From Nitrospinales bacterium (GTDB lineage Bacteria > Nitrospinota > Nitrospinia > Nitrospinales > VA-1): a DNA stretch of 64,000 bases. The stretch covers positions 1,664,001 through 1,728,000 of the forward strand of contig CBDCWG010000012.1 in the NCBI GenBank assembly GCA_965223345.1, in the 5' to 3' direction. Of this stretch, positions 18,178 to 27,383 are shown piece after piece. How positions within the stretch are numbered: the first letter of the stretch is position 1; each line of letters begins with the position of its first letter. The position numbers and the translations under genes were made by a program. A model generated the notes under the pieces. The model did no database searches and was not told the origin of the DNA. It saw nothing but the letters and a program-made list of their open reading frames with translations.

Positions 18178-19137
18178 ATGGAAATCACTTTTCATTACCC
18201 TCATGAATTAACAGAACTTCTAATACAGACTGTTCCTCGTTTATGCCGTTCCAAAAAAAGTGTGTTGCTTTTCTTTCAAGGAAGTGGTGTTTCAAAGAAA
18301 CTAATGAGAGATCTTATTCAGAAAGTTGAATTGGATCGTCAAAGTATAAACAAGTTTGAGATGGTTCGTACGGTTTTAGAGCGATTAAATGAGTTGGGTG
18401 AAAGAGGACTAAAGGAAAGAAGGGAAATTTTAAAGCGAATCGTTGAATTTGAAGATTTTTCTGTTTGTTGGCCGAAGGACCAACTAGAAGCTAAGGGTTT
18501 AGTATCTCAGGTTCAAAAAGTTATTAATGTGAAGGATTCCTTTACACGTATGAAGGATGAGAAAGAGCGCGAGAGGAAAAAAGCTTCTCTTGAAGTAGAA
18601 CAAAAGAGAGAAAAAATTAATGAAAAGAAAGAGAAGTTAAATAACATTAAAAAAGAGCTATATGCTTTGTTTGGAAATGTTGATCCTTGGCAAAGGGGAA
18701 AGACTTTAGAGAAAATTCTTAATGATTTGTTTGACTCTTTTGAGATTCTCATTAAAGAATCCTTTACATTAAGAGGAAACGAGGGGCAAGGAATTGTTGA
18801 ACAAATAGATGGTGTTATAGGATTTGAAGGTAATATTTACTTTGTAGAAATGAAATGGTGGGATTGCCCCTTAGGGGTGCCAGAAATGTCACAACATTTG
18901 GTTAGGATTTATCACAGGGGGCAAGCCCGAGGTATTTTTATATCTGCAAACGGTTACACTCAACCAGCAATTAAAATTTGTCAAGAAGCGCTTCAAAAAA
19001 CTGTAGTCGCATTGTGTGATATGGAGGAAATTATTAAAATTCTTGAAAGCGAAAAAGATTTGAAACACTACTTAAAAGAAAAAATCAATTCAGCTGTTGT
19101 TAATAAAAATCCTTATTACAAGATTCTTGCTCTCTGA
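18178..19137 (+). CDS. Mrr-like (type IV-like) restriction endonuclease, AT-rich
   Basis: RGK.LE, EQIDG, YFVEMKW PD-(D/E)xK-type core, GIFISANGYT.PA; clearly lower GC than the flanks. Confidence 0.8.
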   Translation: MEITFHYPHELTELLIQTVPRLCRSKKSVLLFFQGSGVSKKLMRDLIQKVELDRQSINKFEMVRTVLERLNELGERGLKERREILKRIVEFEDFSVCWPKDQLEAKGLVSQVQKVINVKDSFTRMKDEKERERKKASLEVEQKREKINEKKEKLNNIKKELYALFGNVDPWQRGKTLEKILNDLFDSFEILIKESFTLRGNEGQGIVEQIDGVIGFEGNIYFVEMKWWDCPLGVPEMSQHLVRIYHRGQARGIFISANGYTQPAIKICQEALQKTVVALCDMEEIIKILESEKDLKHYLKEKINSAVVNKNPYYKILAL

Positions 19138-19561
19138 TTTTTTCCTTCATTTGATCCCTTTCATACCTCATTAGTGTCTTTCACGATTCGGTCTTTGTGT
19201 GAGTGTTTAAGGCCATCAGGGCCGATCCGAAATTTTTGATCCATTTCCCCCCAAAGCTCCTTCGGGCTCCTTTGTTTGTAAGGTTCTGTGCCCGAAACAC
19301 ACTGAGAATCGTCCCGGCTGTTATCCGTTGTTTGCGAGACGGCCCGATTGTGCAAAAATCGGCTGCCCGAATGGGGAAGCCGGTTGAAAAAAATTGAAAA
19401 AACGGGCGTTCTTTGAATTACCGCGTTCCGGGGATTGCCGGTTGCGTTTGCATCCTATATTCCTGTTAAGCTTTGATATAATGGCCCCTCAACAGGACCG
19501 ACTAGCAGCTGCATTTTCTCCGGCCGGGGCCGGCCGGGGTGTGTGGATGGGTTGAGCCCAA

Positions 19562-20545
19562 ATGGATCCCTTTAATATTCTGTTCACCAGCGTCGGACGC
19601 CGGGTTTCGCTGCTCAGGCATTTCCGGAAAACCCTGAAGGATCTGGGTGTGCCGGGCGGCATCCATGCGACGGACCTCAGGAAGGATTCTCCCGCCTCGT
19701 TCGTGGCGGACCGGTATTTTCAGACGCCGCGGGTGAGAAGCCGCGACTACATCCCCAAGCTGCTGGACATCTGCCGCAAGAACCGCATCAAGCTGCTGAT
19801 CCCGCTCATCGACACGGAATTGAACCTGCTCGCCGCAAACGAGGACGCGTTCCGCAAACTGGGCGTCACGCCGCTGGTCTCTTCGGTGAAAACCAACCGC
19901 ATCTGCGCGGACAAAAGAAAAACCTGCCGGTTTTTCGAGAAGATCGGCGTCGATTATCCGAAGCTGTTCGATGCGGAGGCGGTGCTCGAGGATCCGGACG
20001 CGAAATTCCCGCTGCTGGTCAAACCCGCCAAGGGCAGCGGCGGGGTGGGGGTGACGAAGGTCAACAATCCGGACGAGTTGAAGTTCTTCAAGGATTACAT
20101 TCCCAACGCCATGACGCAGGAATATCTGGAGGGGGCGGAATACACGCTGGATGTGCTGATCGATTTCAAGGGCAGGGTGCGGTCGGTGGTTCCCCGGCTC
20201 AGGATCGAGATCCGGGCGGGGGAGGTGAGCAAGGGCATCACGGTGAAGAACCAGCGGTTGATCGCGGAAGGCAAACGCGTCGCCGAGGCGCTTCCCGGTG
20301 CGGTGGGGGTGGTGACCTTGCAGTGCTTCATCACCAAACGCAAGGAGATCAAGTTCATCGAGGTCAACCCGCGGTTCGGCGGCGGCATTCCCCTTTCTTT
20401 AAAATGCGGCGCGAACTTTCCCAAATGGATCATCAAAATGATGCTGGGCGAAGACCCGAAGATCGCCATCGACGGCTGGAAAGAGGGCAGCGTGATGCTG
20501 CGCTACGACGACGCCATTTTCGTCAGCCGCGACGCGATCACATGA
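19562..20545 (+). CDS. ATP-grasp protein (carbamoyl-phosphate-synthase-like)
   Basis: TSVGRRVSL, IP.IDTEL, DK..T, VKP..GSG..GV, QEYL.G.EYT.D, FIEVNPRFGGG. Confidence 0.9.
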   Translation: MDPFNILFTSVGRRVSLLRHFRKTLKDLGVPGGIHATDLRKDSPASFVADRYFQTPRVRSRDYIPKLLDICRKNRIKLLIPLIDTELNLLAANEDAFRKLGVTPLVSSVKTNRICADKRKTCRFFEKIGVDYPKLFDAEAVLEDPDAKFPLLVKPAKGSGGVGVTKVNNPDELKFFKDYIPNAMTQEYLEGAEYTLDVLIDFKGRVRSVVPRLRIEIRAGEVSKGITVKNQRLIAEGKRVAEALPGAVGVVTLQCFITKRKEIKFIEVNPRFGGGIPLSLKCGANFPKWIIKMMLGEDPKIAIDGWKEGSVMLRYDDAIFVSRDAIT

Positions 20546-20617
20546 TCCCCGATTGCACGGCGCTGGCGCAGCGGCATCCGCAAGCCATTTCCTTTCACTT
20601 CATCTGAATAGAGAACC

Positions 20618-21286
20618 ATGATCAACGCGGTCATCTTCGATCTGGACGACACGCTGTTTTCCGAGCACGAGTTCGTGCGCAGCGGTTTCTGCGCAGTGGG
20701 AAGCTGGGTGGAGCGCCGCTTCGCGCAGCCCGACTTTTTCCCGGTCGCCTGGAAGCTGTTCCACCAGGGGGAGCGCACGCGCATCTTCGACCGCGCGCTG
20801 GAAACGCTGGCCATCCCGCACGATCCCGAATTGATTCAGGAGATGGTGGAGGTCTACCGCGATCATTTCCCCCAGCTCACGCTGCTTGCGGACGCGCAGG
20901 CGATTCTCGATGAGATCGGCGGCAAAAAGAAACTCGGGATCATCACCGACGGGTTTTTGAACGCGCAGAAAAACAAGGTGCGGGCGTTGCGGCTGGAAGA
21001 GCGGTTCGATGCGATCGTCTATTCGGACGAGTTCGGGCGCGAAAACTGGAAACCCAGCCCGCGGCCGTATCAGGAGATCATGCGGTTGTTGCGGTGTCCG
21101 GGCAGCGAGTGCCTGTACGTGGGCGACAACCCGGCAAAGGATTTCGTCTCGGCGAGAACGCTGGGGTGGAAGACGGTGCAGATATGCCGGGAAAACGGGG
21201 TGTACGCGGGAGTGACGCCGAAGGACGCCGGGCACGCACCCGATGGCAAGATTTCCTCGCTGACGGAACTGACGCACTATCTGTGA
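20618..21286 (+). CDS. HAD-superfamily hydrolase
   Basis: FDLDDTL, IITDG, KPSP, YVGDNP.KDF. Confidence 0.93.
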   Translation: MINAVIFDLDDTLFSEHEFVRSGFCAVGSWVERRFAQPDFFPVAWKLFHQGERTRIFDRALETLAIPHDPELIQEMVEVYRDHFPQLTLLADAQAILDEIGGKKKLGIITDGFLNAQKNKVRALRLEERFDAIVYSDEFGRENWKPSPRPYQEIMRLLRCPGSECLYVGDNPAKDFVSARTLGWKTVQICRENGVYAGVTPKDAGHAPDGKISSLTELTHYL

Positions 21287-21313
21287 ACGGATCCCGGCGG
21301 CGTTTGGCAGCAC

Positions 21314-21357
21314 AAAAAAAGGGCGGGGGAAGGTTTGCACCTTCCGTCCGCCCCTTT
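21314..21357. terminator. Probable bidirectional terminator
   Basis: A7-GGGCGG..GGAAGGT...ACCTTCC..CCGCCC-CTTT between convergent genes. Confidence 0.65.
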
Positions 21358-21394
21358 GGGCAAGGGTCTCCTCCTCGCTTGTTCTAAAACCGGC

Positions 21395-21901
21395 TCAGCG
21401 ATCCGGGTTGCCGTTGGGTTTTTCGCCTTCCCACCATTTGCCCCATTTGACCGAGGTCACGTTGCGCTTGAAGATGGGCGCCTGCCGGTAAAACGCGTCG
21501 TAGGCTCCCGACTGGCGATGGGAAGCGTTGGCGAACCACTGCCGGTCGGGGAAATTTTCCAGGTTCAGAATCCAGATCGGCTTGTCGTCCTTTTTGGTGA
21601 TGACGAGGTATCCCCGCTCTTTGCCGTATTGCGGGTTGCCGAACAGGGTCACGGTGGTGCCGGCCGGGCCGGACAGGACCATCGTGTATTTGCCCGATCG
21701 CGCGTAGCAGTCGAAATGGCGCATGTCGGGGACGTCGCTTCCGGACCGGATGTGCATCAATTCGTCACAGGCGCTGTCGCCCTGGGAGTAGTGGATGTCG
21801 AGCCTGAGTTTGTCCAGAACCAGTTCGGGGCCTTTAGCCAGTACGGGACCGGCAAAAAAAGCGCTCAACAGGATGCCCGCCAGGATGGATCGGATTGTCA
21901 T
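21395..21901 (-). CDS. Secreted protein of unknown family, paralog 1 of 3
   Basis: GGAGGG RBS; signal peptide (VLA); GPAGTTVTLFG, RGYL, RQSGAY, NVTSVKWGKWW shared with 29762 and 30362. Confidence 0.85.
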   Translation of the reverse strand: MTIRSILAGILLSAFFAGPVLAKGPELVLDKLRLDIHYSQGDSACDELMHIRSGSDVPDMRHFDCYARSGKYTMVLSGPAGTTVTLFGNPQYGKERGYLVITKKDDKPIWILNLENFPDRQWFANASHRQSGAYDAFYRQAPIFKRNVTSVKWGKWWEGEKPNGNPDR

Positions 21902-22005
21902 GTCTCCCTCCAAAGGAAAAAATCGCACGGATTCTCCTCTCCGGGATCTCCTTGAGGATTGAGTCTCAAAACCTCCCCTCAACCTTACAACGATCGGGAA
22001 AAAAA

Positions 22006-23424
22006 TCAACCCGCGGCAATGGCCTCAATGGCCTCATTGAGGCGGGCGCAGGTGGTTTCGCGGCCCAGAAGCAGGACCACATCGTAGATCCCGGGGCTCT
22101 CCTTGCTGCCGGTGAGGGCCACACGCACCGGCTGGGCGAGTTTTCCCAGTTTCATGGCTTTTTCCGCCACCAGCTCCTTGAAGGTGCCCTCCACCGAATC
22201 GTGATTGAATTCTTTTATTTTCAATAGTTTATTTTCTAATTCCTCAAGCACCGGTTTGATTTCCGGTGTGAGGAATTTCTGCCTGGCGTTTTCGTCGAAC
22301 TGCACGTCCTTGCGGAAATAAAAAGCCGCCTTGTGCGCCATTTCGACGAGGGTCTTGCTGCGCTCGTTGAGGGCGGGAATGACGCGGGCGATGTCCGCCG
22401 GCTCGAAGTTGTGCCGCTGCGGCAGGATTTTCTCCTGCACCAGCACCGTTTCCAGGGTTTTGGCCAGCGTTTCCGGCGGGGTGGATTTGATGTACTGCTG
22501 GTTGAGCCAGTCCAGTTTTTCCGGATTGAACACCGCCGCGGAGATGGTGACGTTGTCGAGAGAGAATTTTTCGATCAGCTCGGCGCGTGTGAAAATCTCC
22601 TGGTCTCCGTGCGACCAGCCCAGCCGGACGAGGTAGTTGACCAGCGCATCGGGCAGGTAGCCCTGCTCGCGGTAGGCGAGGGTGGAGGTCGCCCCGTGGC
22701 GCTTGCTGAGCCGGGTCTTGTCCGCGCCGAGGATCAGCGAGATGTGGGCGAACCTGGGCCGGGGAAATTCCAGAGCGTCGTAGAGCAGGGCCTGTCTCGG
22801 CGTGTTGGACAGGTGGTCGTCGCCGCGGATGACGTGGGAGATGCGCATGTCCGTGTCGTCCACCACCACCACGAAATTGTAGGTCGGCGTGCCGTCGCTG
22901 CGCTGGATGATGAGGTCGTCGAGCTCCTCCACATCGAAGATGACTTTTCCGCGCAGGATGTCGTCCACGGTGACGGAACCTTCCAGCGGGGTCTTGAAGC
23001 GCACCACCGAGGGAGCGCCTTCGGGGGCGTCGGTGCGGTTTCTGCAGCGGCCGTCGTATTTGGGTTTCAGTCCTTTTTTTTGTGCATCTTTGCGGCGCGT
23101 TTCCAGCTCTTCTGGTGTACAATAACAGTGATAGGCTTTCTCCTGCCGGAGGAGCAGCTCTATCTTTTCCTTGTACAGATTGGAACGCTCCGTTTGCCGG
23201 AAGGGGCCTTCGTCCCAATCGAGACCCAGCCATAGCATTGCTTCCAGGATTTCATGGATCGATTGTTCCGTGGACCTGGAAAGATCCGTATCCTCGATGC
23301 GCAGAATGAATTTTCCCTGGTGATGCCTGGCGAACAGCCAGTTGAACAGCGCGGTTCGCACGCCGCCGATATGGAGCGTGCCTGTGGGGCTGGGGGCGAA
23401 ACGCACCCGAATGGAATCGTTCAT
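22006..23424 (-). CDS. gltX: Glutamate--tRNA ligase
   Basis: RFAPSPTG.LHIG, RIEDTD, RGDDHL.NT, LSKR. Confidence 0.98.
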   Translation of the reverse strand: MNDSIRVRFAPSPTGTLHIGGVRTALFNWLFARHHQGKFILRIEDTDLSRSTEQSIHEILEAMLWLGLDWDEGPFRQTERSNLYKEKIELLLRQEKAYHCYCTPEELETRRKDAQKKGLKPKYDGRCRNRTDAPEGAPSVVRFKTPLEGSVTVDDILRGKVIFDVEELDDLIIQRSDGTPTYNFVVVVDDTDMRISHVIRGDDHLSNTPRQALLYDALEFPRPRFAHISLILGADKTRLSKRHGATSTLAYREQGYLPDALVNYLVRLGWSHGDQEIFTRAELIEKFSLDNVTISAAVFNPEKLDWLNQQYIKSTPPETLAKTLETVLVQEKILPQRHNFEPADIARVIPALNERSKTLVEMAHKAAFYFRKDVQFDENARQKFLTPEIKPVLEELENKLLKIKEFNHDSVEGTFKELVAEKAMKLGKLAQPVRVALTGSKESPGIYDVVLLLGRETTCARLNEAIEAIAAG

Positions 23425-23607
23425 GGGCTCTGGGAATTTCCTTTGTAAAATCGTTCTTTAGGATGTGGGCGTCTTTTTGCCAAGCCCTTAAAGTAACAAA
23501 TTCGCTGAAGCGAAAGAAGTCTTAAGTTAACATATTATATATGAATGGATTAGCGGGTTTGCGCCGGCGCCCGCCGGGCGAACGCCGCGCAGAACAGGAG
23601 TCTCGCT

Positions 23608-24750
23608 TTGCGAAAGGTCAACCCCCTTGCGGTGCTGTTTTTGTTCTTCGGTTTGTTTTTGTTCGTTGGCGACTGGTACATCAAGAACCACGTGGCCAAA
23701 AAAACACCGGAGAAGGTGACGAAATCGGTCGAGATGACCGGAACGGTCGAAGTGCGCCAGGAGGTGCTGCATTTTCAGATTCCCGGCAAGGTGGGAGAGA
23801 TTCTGGTGTCGGTGGGCGATCAGGTGGAAAAAGACCAGACCCTGGCGCGGCTGGAAAACCAGGAACTGGTGGATGAAGTGGCGCAGTTGAAAACGAAAAT
23901 GCAGGAGGCGGAAGCGGAACTGGAGACGCTGATGTCCGGATTGTCTCCCAAAAGCGCTGCTCCCACACCCGCGGTGAAAAAAAGCGCGCTGGTGAAGTCC
24001 AAGGAGGATCAGGAGAAAGAGCGCCAGGAAGAGATCGCCGTCGCGGAAGCGGCGGTGGCGCGTGCGCGGGACGAGATGGAAAGCATGCGGCTGGAGGTGG
24101 AGCGGTACGAAAAACAGTTCAAAGAAGGCACCGCGCCGGAGAAGGAATTGTTCAAGGCGAAATCCGATTTCGAAACCGCCAAGGCCCAGGTGAAAGAGGC
24201 GGAAGACATGCTGCGCCTGGTCATGGAAACGCCTGTGCTGGAACCGCCGCCGCCGACCAAGGTCGCGCTCGTGAAAGCCGATCCCAAGATCACGTTGACG
24301 CCCGCGAAAACCGGCGGCCCCAACGATGAAGTTCAACTGCGCCTCACCCAGACCAAGGCGGCGCTTGCCCAGGCCGAAGAAAAACTGCGGCTGGCGGAAG
24401 TGGTGGCTCCTTTTTCCGGTTATGTGATGGAACGCAGCCTGCAACCCGGCGAGTTCGTGGTGTCCGGCACCCAGGTCCTGACGCTGGGCAAGCTCGATAC
24501 GGTGTGGGTGTGGGGGTATCTCGATGCCGAGGACGGGGCCGCGGTCAAAAAGGGCATGGACGTCCTGGTGAGCTCACGGTCCCTGCAGGAAAAAGTTTTT
24601 ACCGGACAGGTCGTGCACGTGACCGCTCCCGAAGCGGCGCCGGCGGATGCGGACAAAGCGGGCAAATACCACGTCAAGGTGGCCATCCCCAATCCGGAAG
24701 TGCATCTGCAGCCGGAAATGAAGGTGAACGTCAAGATCGAAGTGAATTGA
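23608..24750 (+). CDS. HlyD-family periplasmic adaptor (membrane fusion protein)
   Basis: N-terminal TM; G.V..ILV.VGDQV.K.Q.LA.L; coiled coil; V.APFSGYV...PGEFV..G. Confidence 0.85.
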   Translation: MRKVNPLAVLFLFFGLFLFVGDWYIKNHVAKKTPEKVTKSVEMTGTVEVRQEVLHFQIPGKVGEILVSVGDQVEKDQTLARLENQELVDEVAQLKTKMQEAEAELETLMSGLSPKSAAPTPAVKKSALVKSKEDQEKERQEEIAVAEAAVARARDEMESMRLEVERYEKQFKEGTAPEKELFKAKSDFETAKAQVKEAEDMLRLVMETPVLEPPPPTKVALVKADPKITLTPAKTGGPNDEVQLRLTQTKAALAQAEEKLRLAEVVAPFSGYVMERSLQPGEFVVSGTQVLTLGKLDTVWVWGYLDAEDGAAVKKGMDVLVSSRSLQEKVFTGQVVHVTAPEAAPADADKAGKYHVKVAIPNPEVHLQPEMKVNVKIEVN

Positions 24751-25031
24751 CCGGCCGGGCGAACGCCGCAAAAAGCGTTCGACCCAGGCGGTGCGAGTTT
24801 CTCCCGTCAAATTTCCCTCAACCTTCCCTCGATTCGTCAAAATCCTGCGACACGCGGCGAGCCTGTCGGCACGCGTCCCGCATCGAGTTTTTCTTTATTG
24901 CGTAAAGGCTTTTCCCTGCGGGGTTGCGTTTTGATCTTCGCTGGTATATATTTTGCTTTTCCTTCCATGTAATTTTTCAAGGCCGCTTTGCGATCCTGCG
25001 TGCGGTCGCTGACTTTTTTCTGGAGGATGGG

Positions 25032-25244
25032 ATGAGCGAAGCGAATACGTTGCAGGAAGAGTCTGTGAAAAAAAATGCCAGCGCCGTTCACAGGCGCAGT
25101 CTGTTGTCGATTGCGAAACGCCACGCCCGTCCGGGAATCTTCGAGGCTTTGGGATCGTTCGACCGCAAAAAGGACGACGCCGAGCTGTTCGGAAACGACC
25201 AGTACCGCCGCATGATGAATTACCTGATCCACCGCAGCCTGTAA
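25032..25244 (+). CDS. Small hypothetical protein (70 aa)
   Basis: GGAGG RBS before ATG 25032; plausible composition. Confidence 0.55.
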   Translation: MSEANTLQEESVKKNASAVHRRSLLSIAKRHARPGIFEALGSFDRKKDDAELFGNDQYRRMMNYLIHRSL

Positions 25245-25520
25245 CAACGTTTTAAGCGCATTCCCGCCTCGATGTCGAAACGACATCGCACGCCTTGTTG
25301 TTCGCAGCATTCACTCACTGTTTTTCCATAAATGGATGCACACTGCTTCGGGAGGGGTGCGTTTTGTTGCGTCGAATTCAACTCAGCAGAGCGGGCGCCC
25401 ACTGTGGATCGGGTGGGGCGTTGCGGGAAAGGAGCGCAAAAAGAAACAGCCGGCCAAAGGCCGGCTGTCTCCCAGGGTAAGGGCTTCACTCGCCAAAGAA
25501 AAAGCCCTTGAACTTGACAA

Positions 25521-25961
25521 TCAGTTGCAGGCTACGGTCACAGGGATCGCGCCGGTGTTGGTGATCTTAACGGTTCCGCTGATGTCACCGATGGAATCGC
25601 CGCGGCTGAACGCAGGCTGTTTTTTCAGGCTCACACCAGAGGGGCCCATGGTGCCCATCGGGGACAGACCGGTGCGGCCTTTGTCTTTACCGGTGAGGCT
25701 GCGGTGGTCGTCGTTGGGTCCCAGGGTGATGGGAACGGTGGTGTAGTTGGAGGATTTCCACACGACGAGGTTCGCGCTGCCGCGGTCGTTGCTGGTGTAA
25801 CCGAATTTCTCATTGTTTTCCGGTGCGGTTTTGACGACCTGGATGTCGATGGAGTTGGCATCTTTACAGGTGGTCACCTGGTTGGGGTTCAGCTGACCCG
25901 CGAACGCGGATGCGCTGAGGCTCACAACAAAAATCGCCGTGAAAAAAATTGTTCGTTTCAT
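25521..25961 (-). CDS. Secreted beta-rich hypothetical protein
   Basis: AGGAG RBS; signal peptide (AFA); two Cys near the ends of the mature chain. Confidence 0.8.
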   Translation of the reverse strand: MKRTIFFTAIFVVSLSASAFAGQLNPNQVTTCKDANSIDIQVVKTAPENNEKFGYTSNDRGSANLVVWKSSNYTTVPITLGPNDDHRSLTGKDKGRTGLSPMGTMGPSGVSLKKQPAFSRGDSIGDISGTVKITNTGAIPVTVACN

Positions 25962-26037
25962 TCCCTGCTCCTTTCAGTCATGGTTGAAATCGGTCTGCCC
26001 TGAATCCTCCAAGTCGGTTCATCGGTCGCGTTCGGAG

Positions 26038-26460
26038 TCAGATGGGTTTGAGCCCGCCCACATTCAATTGCAGACACATGTCCTTCGAATCAGTGATCTG
26101 TGATATCGATCCGTAACAGATCCAGTACGTCCCCTGAAGGGTGAACTCCATTCCAAAATTCTCGCCGGGCAGTAATTCCTGGATGTGCACCAGTCTTTTC
26201 CCGGAGGATTCCTTCAGGACTCTCAGATTGACCAGAGGGTGTTCGAATTCGTTGTGCACCTCGATCATGGAACCCGGCGACAGATGGATGGGAAACTCAA
26301 TTCCCACCGGCGGGTGGAGAGCGATCTTTCGTGGCAACGCTTCTGCGGTTTCGAGAATCCAACCGGCAAGAAAAACCAAGGACAACCCGGCTGTGATCCA
26401 CACCGTTTTGCTTTTTCGGATTGCGTGAACTTGGGAATTTAATAAATCAAACATTCGCAA
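26038..26460 (-). CDS. Membrane-anchored/secreted protein, possible cupredoxin-like fold
   Basis: Hydrophobic N-terminus; L.PGE.F..EF...GTY...C pattern; full copper ligand set not evident. Confidence 0.5.
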   Translation of the reverse strand: MRMFDLLNSQVHAIRKSKTVWITAGLSLVFLAGWILETAEALPRKIALHPPVGIEFPIHLSPGSMIEVHNEFEHPLVNLRVLKESSGKRLVHIQELLPGENFGMEFTLQGTYWICYGSISQITDSKDMCLQLNVGGLKPI

Positions 26461-26747
26461 CGAGGGTTTTTCTTTCTATAGAGAAGGGGCGCCGGGCGTT
26501 TTTCAGGGTTCAACCGACCGCATTTCTTCAAGTGCACAAAGAACCCACAACGCCTTTTAAATTTTTGGCATTCTAGGCGAACCCGGCTGTTGGCGGTATC
26601 AGCGCTCTTCTGTATTTTATGTAGGGGGATGCCTGCTTGCGTGTGGGAAAATTCTGATTCGGTATGGTGAGAATCGGACGCGGGGAGTGGTTTTTCTTCC
26701 CATTCCCGATTATCGGAAGGGGGAGCGGGTGTGCCGGACGCGGCGGA

Positions 26748-27383
26748 TCAAAGCAGCTTGTGGTTGATGGCGTAGTGAATCAGTTCGGAATTGCGTTTGA
26801 GCTGCATTTTTTCCAGGATGCGCGACCGGTGTGTGCTGATGGTTTTCACGCTCAGGGAAAGTTTGTTGCCGATCTCGGTGAGCGACTGGCCGTCGGCGAT
26901 CATGCAGAAGACCTGGTATTCGCGGTCGGAAAGCGACTCGTGCGGCAGTTTGTTGGAGTCGGAATAGTGAAAGGCCAGCTTTTCGGTGATCTCGGGGCTG
27001 GCGAACTTGCCGCCGCCCGCCACCTTGCGCACCGCCGCGAGCAGCTGGTCTGGCGCGCTTTCCTTTGTCAGGTATCCGGAGGCCCCCGCTTTCAGGTAGC
27101 GCACGGCGTACTGTTCCTCAGGATAGACGCTCAGCACAAGGATGGGGAGTTTCGAGTGGCTGGTGTGCAGCTCCTTCATGACTTCGAGCCCGTTTTTTCC
27201 CGGCATGGCAATATCGAGGAGCACCAGATCGAAATCGTTCTTCTGAACTTTTGTCAGAAGATCGTCCCCGTTTTCCACTTCATCGAGCACCTCGATGTCG
27301 TCGGTTTCGGAAAACGTGTGCTTCAAACCCTGTCGAAACAGGGGATGATCGTCGGCAATCAACACTTTGATTTTATCTTTCAT
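26748..27383 (-). CDS. NarL/LuxR-family response regulator (UvrY/GacA-like)
   Basis: ADDH, LLDIAMPG, GASGYLTK, LSDRE..V, LSLSVKTISTHR. Confidence 0.95.
   Translation of the reverse strand: MKDKIKVLIADDHPLFRQGLKHTFSETDDIEVLDEVENGDDLLTKVQKNDFDLVLLDIAMPGKNGLEVMKELHTSHSKLPILVLSVYPEEQYAVRYLKAGASGYLTKESAPDQLLAAVRKVAGGGKFASPEITEKLAFHYSDSNKLPHESLSDREYQVFCMIADGQSLTEIGNKLSLSVKTISTHRSRILEKMQLKRNSELIHYAINHKLL

Noticed and set aside
19138..19561. Short ORFs and the CCGGCCGGGG tandem in this intergenic region
   Set aside because: No RBS, motifs or coding bias; the two-unit repeat is expected by chance in GC-rich DNA.
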